Positions 47,323 to 56,246 of a stretch of 64,000 bases of DNA are shown here, piece by piece (the stretch's first letter is position 1; each line of letters begins with the position of its first letter). This stretch comes from a candidate division Kazan bacterium RIFCSPHIGHO2_01_FULL_44_14 (GTDB lineage Bacteria; Patescibacteriota; Kazan-3B-28). A model generated the notes under the pieces. It was given only the letters and a program-made list of their open reading frames with translations. It had not been told where the DNA came from and ran no database searches. The stretch covers positions 375,200 to 439,199 of the forward strand of contig METB01000001.1 in NCBI GenBank assembly GCA_001771185.1, in the 5' to 3' direction. Position numbers and translations under genes: made by a program.

Positions 47323-47871
47323 TTATTCGTTTTCTGCTAAGACATCTTCTACATCCAGACCGGCTTCGTTAACGAGAGAGGGATTCTCATTTAAATTATT
47401 TACTTGAGTTGTCACCGCCTCCTGATCGTCCGGCTTAATTGTACCACCCGCATCTAAGACCCGAGACAGCTTTTCGAGCTGACTTTGCAATTCTTTGCCT
47501 TGTTTGCGTTCTTGAAGTTCACTTTTAGTGTCTTTGATATCGGTGGCTGACACTTTAATTGTTTCTACCAACTCGCGGGGTTCTTTATGCCACACTCGTT
47601 GTTTATTGGCCAACCAAAACTTGAACAAGTTGACGATAAAGACACCAAAGGGCTGTCCGTTAACTTTGCTAAAAGCAAAGGCAATGCTCAAAGACCCGGC
47701 TACTAAACTGATTAGGACAAACTCGATGCCATAGAGATACTGCATCGCGTAATACTGGTAAGCGATGAAGACGATTGAGGCGCCAGCCAAGACATAAAGG
47801 AATTGCTTTAGGGTCAATGGGCCGACGAGCCGGTCTTCACGGGTAACGTCTTGTGGGATTTTAGCAGGCAT
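47323..47871 (-). CDS. Small two-TM membrane protein, possible VirB3/PrgI-like T4SS component
   Basis: Two adjacent hydrophobic helices followed by a charged tail. Called mainly on position between the VirB6-like and VirB4-like genes; homology was not verified. Confidence 0.3.
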   Translation of the reverse strand: MPAKIPQDVTREDRLVGPLTLKQFLYVLAGASIVFIAYQYYAMQYLYGIEFVLISLVAGSLSIAFAFSKVNGQPFGVFIVNLFKFWLANKQRVWHKEPRELVETIKVSATDIKDTKSELQERKQGKELQSQLEKLSRVLDAGGTIKPDDQEAVTTQVNNLNENPSLVNEAGLDVEDVLAENE

Positions 47872-47880
47872 AAGATTTGA

Positions 47881-50607
47881 TTAAGATTTAGGTTTGTTAG
47901 TGATAATACTATCCAAGGTTTTTAGGACTCGGTTGACATCCAATTCCCTGCCATCTAGTTCTAAACTGTTTAAGTCGAAATGGTCTAGCGCTTGAGTGAT
48001 GTTTCCATTTTGAGTAGCATTAAGAACCGAGTTGCGAGATTCCTGGGCGGCCTGGATGGGGTCGGCAGTGTTTTGGAGTGCGGTCAAGATTTCCTGACGA
48101 AGTTTAGGGATTTCATTCTCAAGGTAATCTTTCGGAGAATCCCCGGTTGGAGACGAGGTCTTGTTCAGAGAGGCCGTCACATTGGAAGTGTATTGTGACT
48201 GGTTATTGATTTGAGCATTGATAGCCGACTGTTGCTGATTAACGCTTTGTTCGGCCGCAGTCCGGTTGGCCTCTTCGGTGGCTTTTTGCTGTTCAAGCCC
48301 AGAAATCTGTTGGTTATTTTCGATGATGGTTTTAATACTAGTTAAAGCATTGGGACTGGTGGCCCCAGCGGCAAAGATTCGGGCGTTGTTGATGTCTTCG
48401 GGTTTAATACCGGATGATAATACCGATGCCAGTTTTGCCGAAGTTGTTTCGTCAACCCCGATACCTTTGAGATAGTCATTGGTTTTTATCTCTCGAGCCG
48501 CTTGGTTCGTAGTTGTTGACGCGATGTTATCAAGTTCCTTCTTTTGGTCTGAAGTTAAATTGTTGACAGTGGCTTTGTCGGTATTGGAGGACAGTTCGGA
48601 GAGATTATCGCGGAGACCGGGATTATCAACCAATGCTTTTAGGGTTTGAGGGTCTAATTGTTTGCCGGCCTCTACGGCACGGTTAGCGGCTTCTTGCTCG
48701 GCAGTGCTAAGACCCTTTAACCCGTCAGCGGCTGTTTCGGTTTCTTGGCTTAGTGCCTGAATGGCCGTATTTAATTTATTCAGGCCGTCCTCTAGTGACT
48801 TTAGCGTGGCAGAACTTTTGGCCAGGTCGCCATAGTTGGCCCCGCCTGCACCAGAAACGCCAGCGGTTTCGTCGTCTGCTTCACCGGATTTGGGTGGGGC
48901 ATATTTGCCTTTGCTCCAGCGATATCCGGCTTGTTTTAATAAATCATCTCCTGTCCGGCTTTCCATACTTCCATCTGGTTGCAGTGTTTTAAATGGTTGG
49001 TCTAATAGATTATTGTGATCTTTTTCGATTTGTATCCGTTCCTCTTTATCACGGGTCGCATTGCGGACACGGCGCATAACCGCTTGGGCAATCTTAAGTT
49101 TGCGGGCGTTCAAAAGGGTAGGGCTAGCACCGTATGCTTCGTAGGCCTCCTTAAGTTCGTCGGCAGCGCCCTTACCAGTTGGTTCGGTTTTCATTTTGAC
49201 ATCAACCATGTCGGCCAAGAAGGAGTTGTCGCGGTCAGCCGCTTGGTCACGCTTAGAGACCAGACCTGGGTTTCTGTTTTCAAATTCTAATTTCAGGGCG
49301 GTCTTCTCGGCTGAGCTTAAGTCATCCATCGAACTTGCACCAAACCGAGGTAATTGGCTTTCGATATATTTGTTTTCCTTGTTGTCGTAATCGGCTAGAG
49401 TGCGCTCATCTCCGGGCTGGAGTTTATCCATTACACCCTTGCGAGTAGCCAATTCACCGACTTTCTTGGCCGACTTCACGCGGGTATCAAGCGCGGCCAT
49501 ATTGACATCCATTTGCCGGAGCAGTCCGCCGGCCTTTGAACCCTTAAATCCTTCCATACCCAATTGCCAGTATTTACCGGCAGTAGCAGAGATAGCTTTA
49601 CTGGAGGCCTGGAACGGTTTGTTGGCCAGGTCAGTCATAAACTTGGTGGCTGCGCTGATTGGGACTTTTAGCGTTCCTGGTGTGTTGGCGGCGGCTAGCA
49701 TTAAAGCAATTACGACGATGTAGTACATAAAGGTCGCAGCACTGGCGCCACTGTTTAATCCAGCATTGCTACCGGCAGGGCTAGTAAATGAATCGATGAT
49801 TAATTGTCCGATCGAGTTGGTGTCACTGGGCTTTAACATACTGGCTATGCCTAAAAGCAAGTAGGCGAGTGGCAAAACCAGAATCCAGCGAATTAAATCG
49901 CTCCACCAAGTTTGAGCCATACCCTGCAAATCCTTGTGGGGGAGCAAGCTCAAAGCAAACATGATTGGGCCAAAGATGGTCAAAATAATTAGACGGACTG
50001 CTCGCTCAATCAAAACAAACGCCAGTCGGAAGAAAACATAGGTGCTAATGGCGTAGACGGCCAACATCATGAGAGAGAGGCCGATGTATTTTACGAGGTC
50101 GACGTCATAACCTCCAACGACTTTGGGCGAGAAGAGCAGGTTAATGTCATTAACGAAGGTTTCTATCTGAGATGGCTCAAATCCAAGCATAGTGTGAGCG
50201 GTGTTTTTAAGAGCGTCGCCCACTTCAATCAATACCAATACGATTTGATAACTTAAGTTGGCTAATGCTACTGAAGTAATCAGCCCAGTAATGGCTTTTT
50301 TAAAGTTGTATCCACCCGAGCGGGTGATAATCATGATGGCGAAAGCCACCAATGCCAAGAAGAAAAGGACATTAGCTGCCATTGTCATAACTCCCCAGGC
50401 CTGGAGTACTGCCGGGCTACCAAGAATTAGATTCTGTCCCTTAAGGACCACTTCATTGATGATCCATAGCAAAAAACTATTAATCATCGCCAAAAATGCT
50501 TCAATGCCGATAATTAACCCCCCAACGATGACCTTGAGTACTGGTTGGGCAATAATACCTACGCCAAGTCCGAGAGCTGCCAGAAGAGTGATTGTAATCG
50601 GATCCAT
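47881..50607 (-). CDS. VirB6/TrbL-like polytopic membrane protein with ~550-aa hydrophilic coiled-coil/low-complexity C-terminal extension
   Basis: At least six TM helices in the first ~350 aa, then an Ala/Gln/Asn/Ser/Thr-rich coiled region. Start set at MDPITITLL. Confidence 0.45.
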   Translation of the reverse strand: MDPITITLLAALGLGVGIIAQPVLKVIVGGLIIGIEAFLAMINSFLLWIINEVVLKGQNLILGSPAVLQAWGVMTMAANVLFFLALVAFAIMIITRSGGYNFKKAITGLITSVALANLSYQIVLVLIEVGDALKNTAHTMLGFEPSQIETFVNDINLLFSPKVVGGYDVDLVKYIGLSLMMLAVYAISTYVFFRLAFVLIERAVRLIILTIFGPIMFALSLLPHKDLQGMAQTWWSDLIRWILVLPLAYLLLGIASMLKPSDTNSIGQLIIDSFTSPAGSNAGLNSGASAATFMYYIVVIALMLAAANTPGTLKVPISAATKFMTDLANKPFQASSKAISATAGKYWQLGMEGFKGSKAGGLLRQMDVNMAALDTRVKSAKKVGELATRKGVMDKLQPGDERTLADYDNKENKYIESQLPRFGASSMDDLSSAEKTALKLEFENRNPGLVSKRDQAADRDNSFLADMVDVKMKTEPTGKGAADELKEAYEAYGASPTLLNARKLKIAQAVMRRVRNATRDKEERIQIEKDHNNLLDQPFKTLQPDGSMESRTGDDLLKQAGYRWSKGKYAPPKSGEADDETAGVSGAGGANYGDLAKSSATLKSLEDGLNKLNTAIQALSQETETAADGLKGLSTAEQEAANRAVEAGKQLDPQTLKALVDNPGLRDNLSELSSNTDKATVNNLTSDQKKELDNIASTTTNQAAREIKTNDYLKGIGVDETTSAKLASVLSSGIKPEDINNARIFAAGATSPNALTSIKTIIENNQQISGLEQQKATEEANRTAAEQSVNQQQSAINAQINNQSQYTSNVTASLNKTSSPTGDSPKDYLENEIPKLRQEILTALQNTADPIQAAQESRNSVLNATQNGNITQALDHFDLNSLELDGRELDVNRVLKTLDSIITNKPKS

Positions 50608-50836
50608 AGTTTTGGTGTTTATTTTTTTGCTGGTTGAGTTGAGCCAAATAAGATTAGCCACCCAACAAGTAATTATTTAATTATAGCAAAAAATAGGGAA
50701 TTAGTCAAGAGGGAACTGGGCGGGGCTAAAATGGCCCAGAAACCGTTATATCAGATACGAAGTTTAGTCAAAGACCGGGAAATCAGGCATAATAGTAGTA
50801 GTTTACAAATCGGTAAAAAGAGGATGTAATCTTGCG

Positions 50837-52282
50837 ATGATAGAGGAGCCGCAAAATCAGTCCCAGAGCCCAAAATCGCCCCAGGATGAATTAGACGAAT
50901 TGTTGCGCCAAAGTAGAGCGACTCGGCCAATGTCTGGTATTAAATTGCCGGACAACAAACCAACAGGGGATCGGAATTGGTTGGGGGTAGGTATTGTCGG
51001 GCTGGCAGTTATTTTGGTTGCCGGGACGGGGTATTTGTTATTGAGCGGAATCAAATTTGGGACTGGAGAGGTAATTTTGGGGCTTAATCAGAGTCCGGTG
51101 GCTCTGTCGATAGACGATAAAAGTTACGGTCAGGTCAGCAACGGCGACATGATTCGCTTAAAAGTTGGTCAACATACATTGGTTTTGACCAGAGAGGGCT
51201 TTTTGAATTTGACCGAGATGGTGGAAGTCAGCCGGAGTCAGCAGTTGGCGATTAATTTGGAACTACTGCCAATCCCAGAAATCCAAACTGTGATTGACCA
51301 CCCGGTTAGTTTTGTGCGATTGAATCAAGACGGCTCCGAGATGGCTTATCTTGATTCCCAAGATAAGAGTTTTAAAACCATCAAACTGGATGATTCAAGT
51401 ATTGCTAACTTGTTCAAAGGCAGTTTCTCTGGGGTGACTGATGTGATGTGGTCACGAGTTGGTCAATCGGCGTTGGTGAAAATAACCGGGCGACCGACTT
51501 TGTCGAATATGTTGGATAATCGAGCGGTTCAGGGTCGGTATATCCCGCTCGGGACTCCGGGCGGTCGGCCCGATCAGGCCCCGGCCAAATCGAACGGAGT
51601 AAGCACTTGGTTATTTGACGATGACCGCAAACCGGCTAGCGGTTGGCAGCCGATTTTATTAAGCGATAGTGTTCGGGAGGCAGTATTTAGTGCGGACGGG
51701 AGTTCAATTATTTATATTTACGAAACCGCCGATGGTGAATACTCGCTAGTGCGGGCTTGGCCAGACGGGTTGGAATGGGAACGGCTGATTGTGGAGATGC
51801 CTCGACTGGAAACCCCGCAATTTACTTGGGGACCAGACGATAGATATGTATTAGTTCAGACCGCGGGTAAATTAATGCTCTTGGATTTAATAGCCAAAAC
51901 ATTGTCTGAACCGTTCCCGGATTATGCGGCGGGAAGCCAATTTGCTTTTTCAACTGATGGGACAAGAGTGGCGTATTTAGCGAAGTCAGAGGATGGCACT
52001 ATCCGGTTGAAGACCTATGACTTTTTGTCTGGGGTGGCGGTGGTAGTGGAAGGTCTGGCTGTGAATGGTGAAACCAGTATGGTTTGGACGACTGGGAATT
52101 CGCTAATGGTGGCGACTGGCGGACAGTCGTTTGAACTGGTTAATGTAGAACGAGGGACTCGGATGACAATTCCTCTGGCCGGGAACACGACCAGTTCTCA
52201 AATAGAGCGGATGGAATACAGCAAAACCGCAAAAGTTTTGATGTTGGTAACCGATGCGGGGGTATCGATGATGAAAGTGTGA
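50837..52282 (+). CDS. Hypothetical membrane-anchored protein with beta-propeller-like repeats
   Basis: N-terminal TM helix. Repeated ...DGS.I.Y... / FSTDGTRVAYL... segments reminiscent of TolB/PD40 blades. Divergently oriented to the T4SS-like operon. Confidence 0.4.
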   Translation: MIEEPQNQSQSPKSPQDELDELLRQSRATRPMSGIKLPDNKPTGDRNWLGVGIVGLAVILVAGTGYLLLSGIKFGTGEVILGLNQSPVALSIDDKSYGQVSNGDMIRLKVGQHTLVLTREGFLNLTEMVEVSRSQQLAINLELLPIPEIQTVIDHPVSFVRLNQDGSEMAYLDSQDKSFKTIKLDDSSIANLFKGSFSGVTDVMWSRVGQSALVKITGRPTLSNMLDNRAVQGRYIPLGTPGGRPDQAPAKSNGVSTWLFDDDRKPASGWQPILLSDSVREAVFSADGSSIIYIYETADGEYSLVRAWPDGLEWERLIVEMPRLETPQFTWGPDDRYVLVQTAGKLMLLDLIAKTLSEPFPDYAAGSQFAFSTDGTRVAYLAKSEDGTIRLKTYDFLSGVAVVVEGLAVNGETSMVWTTGNSLMVATGGQSFELVNVERGTRMTIPLAGNTTSSQIERMEYSKTAKVLMLVTDAGVSMMKV

Positions 52283-52353
52283 GCCCCGGCAGGGGTCTGA
52301 TGTGAAAGTAATCTTTGGAATTTGATTATTGATTATGGGGGATTAAGGTTGTT

Positions 52354-54351
52354 ATGGCAGATGATAATGACACCAAGAACCAGAGACGGTTAAAAGTAAA
52401 AAAGATTCGTGAACGGATTGAACGATTGGTTCAACAGTCGCGAATTAATTTGGATTTTTATGCAAGTGTGGCTGCCCAACTAGAACGGGCGAATAAACAA
52501 ATTGATGATGGTCAGCGTCAGGATGAATTTAATCAAGAGGATTTGGCGGATCAGCGAGTCAAGAATCAAGCGGGTGACGAGGACGAAGAAGAAGAGAATG
52601 AAGAGCAGCCCGAGCAACCAGAGCCCGAGCAACCAGAGCAGCAAGAGCAGCAAGAACGGCAAGAGCCAGAACAGCCCGAAGACCAACCATCTGCACGGAA
52701 AGACCAATTAGAAAAACTACGTCAGGCCAGAGAGACGTATCAGAAAGTGCAGAAAGCGGCCGAGACAGCCAAAAAAATGGCCGAAGCGGCTAAGTCAGCC
52801 AAGACGGTGGCGACGGTCGGAGCATTTTTAGCGGAAACCTGGTGGATATGGGTAATCTTATTGGTGTTACTATTACTAGTTGCTTTAGCTTATATGATTT
52901 TTGGTGGGGCGGGGAATAAGGTGCTAGATATGGCTGGTGGTTCTATCCCAATTGCGATGGACTATCAGAATAAAGAACATCAAAAACTGGTAGCGGATGT
53001 AGAGGGGCTAGTAAAAGATGGGGCATTATTAATGAACGAGAATTCGGCTAAGGACTTGTCTTGGCAATCAGATAAAAATGGTAAACCAATTCATGCGTTG
53101 GACTGGCGAACGATGGAAACCTTAAGTTATTTGGCCGGTAAATATAAAATTGGAGTAAAGTTTTTGAAGAGCAATGGACCAGATATGACACGGCGTATGC
53201 CAGTGGCCAAGGGGGAAGAAAATAGCGAGCCGATTGACGCACCGTCGGCGTATAGCTTCGGCCAAGGAATTGCGATTACAAGTATTGGGGTAACTAGTTT
53301 AGAATTAACTGAAGCGATGGGGTTGCCCCAACCTGTTCCAGTACAGGTGAATTGGCAGAAGCAAGTGGTAGAAAAAGCGCTAAGGCCGATTTATGAGCAA
53401 CTGCAGGTAGATGCTAGAGCATTATTTAATGCAACGGTGCAGGCGAATGCTCAAGCTGACACCGATGAAAAGGGGTTGGAGGTGTTGGCCAGAGCACATG
53501 AACAAGCAGTGACGGACTCGGCCAAGAATCCTCAGGCCAAAATTAAAGATAATTATATGATAGCTAAAGAAGCGCTTGATAATCTGATTATTAATCTTGA
53601 ACGAATGCGTGAGGTTGGGAAGTGTTGGGAGGAAAAACCATGGTTGGACCCGCGGGCTTGTCGATTTAGTACTAAGGCCAGTGGATATTTAGGCGGGGCA
53701 AGCGGCCTTTTTGAAAAATCTGGTACCGCGTTTATCGATGGTTGGGGAGAACAAACGGATAGTGGGCCAATCCATCAGGGGCTGTGGGCCACTTTTAGGG
53801 CAATGCAAGTGGCGAACATGTTGGGATGGAATGGGAACGAAGAAGAGATTGATTTGTGGAAGGCCTACGAGGCCAGACAAAATATTCGTAAGCTTGCGTT
53901 GGATATTTTACGGATGCCAGTGGCATTGGCTGGTGAAGGGCAGGATTTTAATGCGGACTTGGTGGCTAAACAATTAATCATTTATAGTCCAGAAGATGAC
54001 TTAGACAATGGGTTGCCTGATTTTGATGTCTACCCTAGAGGGACAATCGCAGTCGATGAGGGGGGAGTTGGTTATGACTCAACTGGGCACGATAATGTGA
54101 TTGATGTGCGGGATAATCATTTTATGTCACTACCAATTGATGGCGGTATATTTAGTAAGCTTGGTACTGTTTTTATCTATAAGACCGACAGCGCTGGGCA
54201 AATTGCCAAAGAGATACTTGAATGGGCAGCGGCCAGTTTTACCCTTGGAGGGAGTAAGATGATGGATTTGTGGGATGGGGGAGGAATTGAGAAACCAGGT
54301 GAAGAAAGGGTTAAAGTTTCTTATAGAAGTTTTGTCCATATTGGGTTTTGA
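52354..54351 (+). CDS. Hypothetical protein: N-terminal coiled-coil, acidic (E/Q/P) QPEQPE repeat tract, TM helix, ~450-aa C-terminal domain
   Basis: EEEENEEQPEQPEPEQPEQQEQQERQEPEQPEDQ low-complexity tract and TM segment WWIWVILLVLLLLVALAYMIF. Confidence 0.4.
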   Translation: MADDNDTKNQRRLKVKKIRERIERLVQQSRINLDFYASVAAQLERANKQIDDGQRQDEFNQEDLADQRVKNQAGDEDEEEENEEQPEQPEPEQPEQQEQQERQEPEQPEDQPSARKDQLEKLRQARETYQKVQKAAETAKKMAEAAKSAKTVATVGAFLAETWWIWVILLVLLLLVALAYMIFGGAGNKVLDMAGGSIPIAMDYQNKEHQKLVADVEGLVKDGALLMNENSAKDLSWQSDKNGKPIHALDWRTMETLSYLAGKYKIGVKFLKSNGPDMTRRMPVAKGEENSEPIDAPSAYSFGQGIAITSIGVTSLELTEAMGLPQPVPVQVNWQKQVVEKALRPIYEQLQVDARALFNATVQANAQADTDEKGLEVLARAHEQAVTDSAKNPQAKIKDNYMIAKEALDNLIINLERMREVGKCWEEKPWLDPRACRFSTKASGYLGGASGLFEKSGTAFIDGWGEQTDSGPIHQGLWATFRAMQVANMLGWNGNEEEIDLWKAYEARQNIRKLALDILRMPVALAGEGQDFNADLVAKQLIIYSPEDDLDNGLPDFDVYPRGTIAVDEGGVGYDSTGHDNVIDVRDNHFMSLPIDGGIFSKLGTVFIYKTDSAGQIAKEILEWAAASFTLGGSKMMDLWDGGGIEKPGEERVKVSYRSFVHIGF

Positions 54352-54464
54352 TGTAGTGTAGGGGTTGATAAACGGGTTTTTGGTGGGGTAAACAAGCAAC
54401 ACTGAGCGTCAATAGCCGAGCGAGCTATGTCGAGCTCGTGCGTAGCGCGAAGTTGTTGCGCAGT

Positions 54465-54554
54465 GGAGGCGTGGCCGAGTGGTTTATGGCGCTAGTCTCG
54501 AAAACTGGTTGGGGAGTAATCCCCTCGGAGGTTCAAATCCTCCCGCCTCCGCCA
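54465..54554 (+). tRNA. tRNA-Ser (anticodon CGA), type II with long variable arm, CCA encoded
   Basis: Acceptor stem GGAGGCG/CGCCTCC. Anticodon stem CTAGT/ACTGG with loop CTCGAAA. T-arm GGTTCAAATCC. Confidence 0.85.
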
Positions 54555-54609
54555 TACTTCGCCAAGGCTTCGAGTGGCCTGTGGCCAGATATGTAATAAT
54601 GGGGTAGTT

Positions 54610-55095
54610 ATGGCAGACCCAAAGCAAGAAGTTGGCACTCTCCGATATGAATGGACTGCGCTTGAATTCCCTCGGGTGGAGCGGACTAGAGTTTGGTATT
54701 TGGTGGCTGGGTTAGTTGGGCTTGGATTGTTGGCGTATACCATATATACCAGGCAATGGGCGGGAACAGCTGTCGTGCTAATGATTGGGGTGGTAGTTTA
54801 TCTGATGGGGAGAGTTGTCCCAAGAACTTTTGTTCATCGGTTAACAAGCCGTGGGGTAGAAGTGGGAGATAAATTTTATCCGTACACAGAGTTGAGAGCG
54901 TTTTGGGTGATTAATACCTCTAACAGTCGGACATTAAATCTGATATCAGCTAAGAAATTTAGTTTGCTTTTAACTTTACAATTAGAAGGGGCTGATGTAG
55001 AAAAGGTAAGAGAAGTTTTGTTGGAGTTTTTGCCAGAAGAGCCCGGGCGAGGCGAAGATGTGATTGACCGGGTTGGCAGGTTCTTTCGGTTTTAA
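54610..55095 (+). CDS. Hypothetical membrane protein (two TM helices, bPH/DUF304-like)
   Basis: Start set at MADPKQ, preceded by a GGGG Shine-Dalgarno-like stretch. Two adjacent TM helices. Confidence 0.4.
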   Translation: MADPKQEVGTLRYEWTALEFPRVERTRVWYLVAGLVGLGLLAYTIYTRQWAGTAVVLMIGVVVYLMGRVVPRTFVHRLTSRGVEVGDKFYPYTELRAFWVINTSNSRTLNLISAKKFSLLLTLQLEGADVEKVREVLLEFLPEEPGRGEDVIDRVGRFFRF

Positions 55096-55174
55096 TTATT
55101 ATGCGCCCGCCTGCAACGCTATGCGTAGCATTGCGGGCTGGCCCGTAGCTCTGTGGGCTGGCAGGGGGTTAGGA

Positions 55175-55426
55175 GTGTATTACATCTATGTTTTATTTTC
55201 AAGTAAAGATACGCACTTCTATGTTGGTTATACGAAGGATTTAAGGAAACGGGTAGAAGTGCACAACGTCGATGCTGTGGACGCCACAAAGTCACGCCGA
55301 CCGTTAAAACTGGTGTATTATGAGGCATGCTTGTCGGAGAACGCGGCGTTGGTGCGAGAGAAGCAACTTAAAACAGGGTTTGGTAGAGCGTATTTAAAAA
55401 CAAGGATTAACATTATGCGCCCGTAG
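55175..55426 (+). CDS. GIY-YIG nuclease family protein (probable GTG start)
   Basis: (V)YYIYVLFSSKDTHFYVGYTKDLRKRVEVHN matches the GIY-YIG core. The track ORF extends upstream to 55064 but the domain starts here. Stop codon overlaps the tRNA-Arg 5' end. Confidence 0.5.
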   Translation: MYYIYVLFSSKDTHFYVGYTKDLRKRVEVHNVDAVDATKSRRPLKLVYYEACLSENAALVREKQLKTGFGRAYLKTRINIMRP

Positions 55427-55493
55427 CTCAGGGGATTAGAGCGCGTAGCTACGGACTACGAGGTCGGGGGTTCGAATCCCTCCGGGCGTACCA
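55417..55493 (+). tRNA. tRNA-Arg (anticodon ACG)
   Basis: GCGCCCGTAGCTCAGGGGATTAGAGCG... cloverleaf. Anticodon stem CGTAG/CTACG with loop CTACGGA. T-arm GGTTCGAATCC. CCA encoded. Confidence 0.85.
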
Positions 55494-55521
55494 CGTCAAT
55501 TTGGTGGATTGAAAATAAAAT

Positions 55522-55646
55522 GGGGCCCCCGAAATGTTCTAGTTCTGACGGATGGAGGAACGAGGATTTTGGGGAGAGGAAGAATGACGAGGCCTAAAAG
55601 CACCCCGGCAGGCCGGGATAGCGTGAAGCCGAGTCCATTCTGACGA
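55522..55646 (+). ncRNA. Conserved ~125-nt structured element directly upstream of tRNA-Ser(GCT), copy 1
   Basis: About 80% identical to 56247..56383. Contains a hairpin with compensatory substitutions (CCCCGGCaggGCCGGG here, CCCCGCCAT..ATGGCGGG in copy 2). Ends at the tRNA 5' end. Confidence 0.4.
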
Positions 55647-55736
55647 GGAGAGGTGGCTGAGTGGCCGAAAGCGACACACTGCTAACGTGTTATACCCGTA
55701 AGGGTATCGCGGGTTCGAATCCCGCCCTCTCCTCCA
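55647..55736 (+). tRNA. tRNA-Ser (anticodon GCT), type II
   Basis: Acceptor stem GGAGAGG/CCTCTCC. Anticodon loop CTGCTAA. Long variable arm. T-arm GGTTCGAATCC. CCA encoded. Confidence 0.8.
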
Positions 55737-55743
55737 GAATTTT

Positions 55744-56205
55744 ATGAAACCAGACCATCAGAAATTTTTGCAGGTGGCTATTACTGAAGCCCAAAAGGCC
55801 GGTGTCAAAAAAGAAGTGCCGATTGGTGCAGTGATTGTAGACGCAAATGGCAATATTATCGGGCGAGGCAGAAATCAGACCCACGCAAAGAAAGATGGGT
55901 TAGGACATGCAGAATTGGTAGCGTTACGGCAAGCCCAGAGAAAATTGGGTGATTGGCGGTTTCCCGGAGCGAAAATATATGTAACACTTGAGCCCTGTTT
56001 GATGTGCTTGGGGGCGATTGGGAATGCCAGGATTAAGGAAGTTTATTATGGGTTAGCCGACCCGTTGTTTGGGTCGATTGAGAGTAAACTAACAAATAAG
56101 CAGGTAAAGAAAATGTTCCCAAAGTTAGAATGTTTTAAACTTCCAGACGATGGGACGGTGGCTGGTCTAATGAAACAGTTTTTTCATGGCTTAAGAAAAC
56201 GGTAG
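55744..56205 (+). CDS. tadA: tRNA-specific adenosine deaminase
   Basis: HAELVAL...PCLMCLGAI motif (H-A-E plus PCxxC zinc site). About 150 aa. Confidence 0.85.
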   Translation: MKPDHQKFLQVAITEAQKAGVKKEVPIGAVIVDANGNIIGRGRNQTHAKKDGLGHAELVALRQAQRKLGDWRFPGAKIYVTLEPCLMCLGAIGNARIKEVYYGLADPLFGSIESKLTNKQVKKMFPKLECFKLPDDGTVAGLMKQFFHGLRKR

Positions 56206-56246
56206 GGTACAATAGAGGCGTTAGGCAGTTTAATATTTTTGATAAA

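Noticed and set aside
55522-55646. Assigning the tRNA-Ser upstream element to a known RNA family (SRP RNA, tmRNA, RNase P RNA, 6S, T-box)
   Set aside because: It is too short for RNase P or tmRNA. It lacks the SRP domain IV motif and the tmRNA tRNA-like ends. A T-box would precede aminoacyl-tRNA synthetase genes, not tRNA genes. It is therefore reported as an unclassified structured element.
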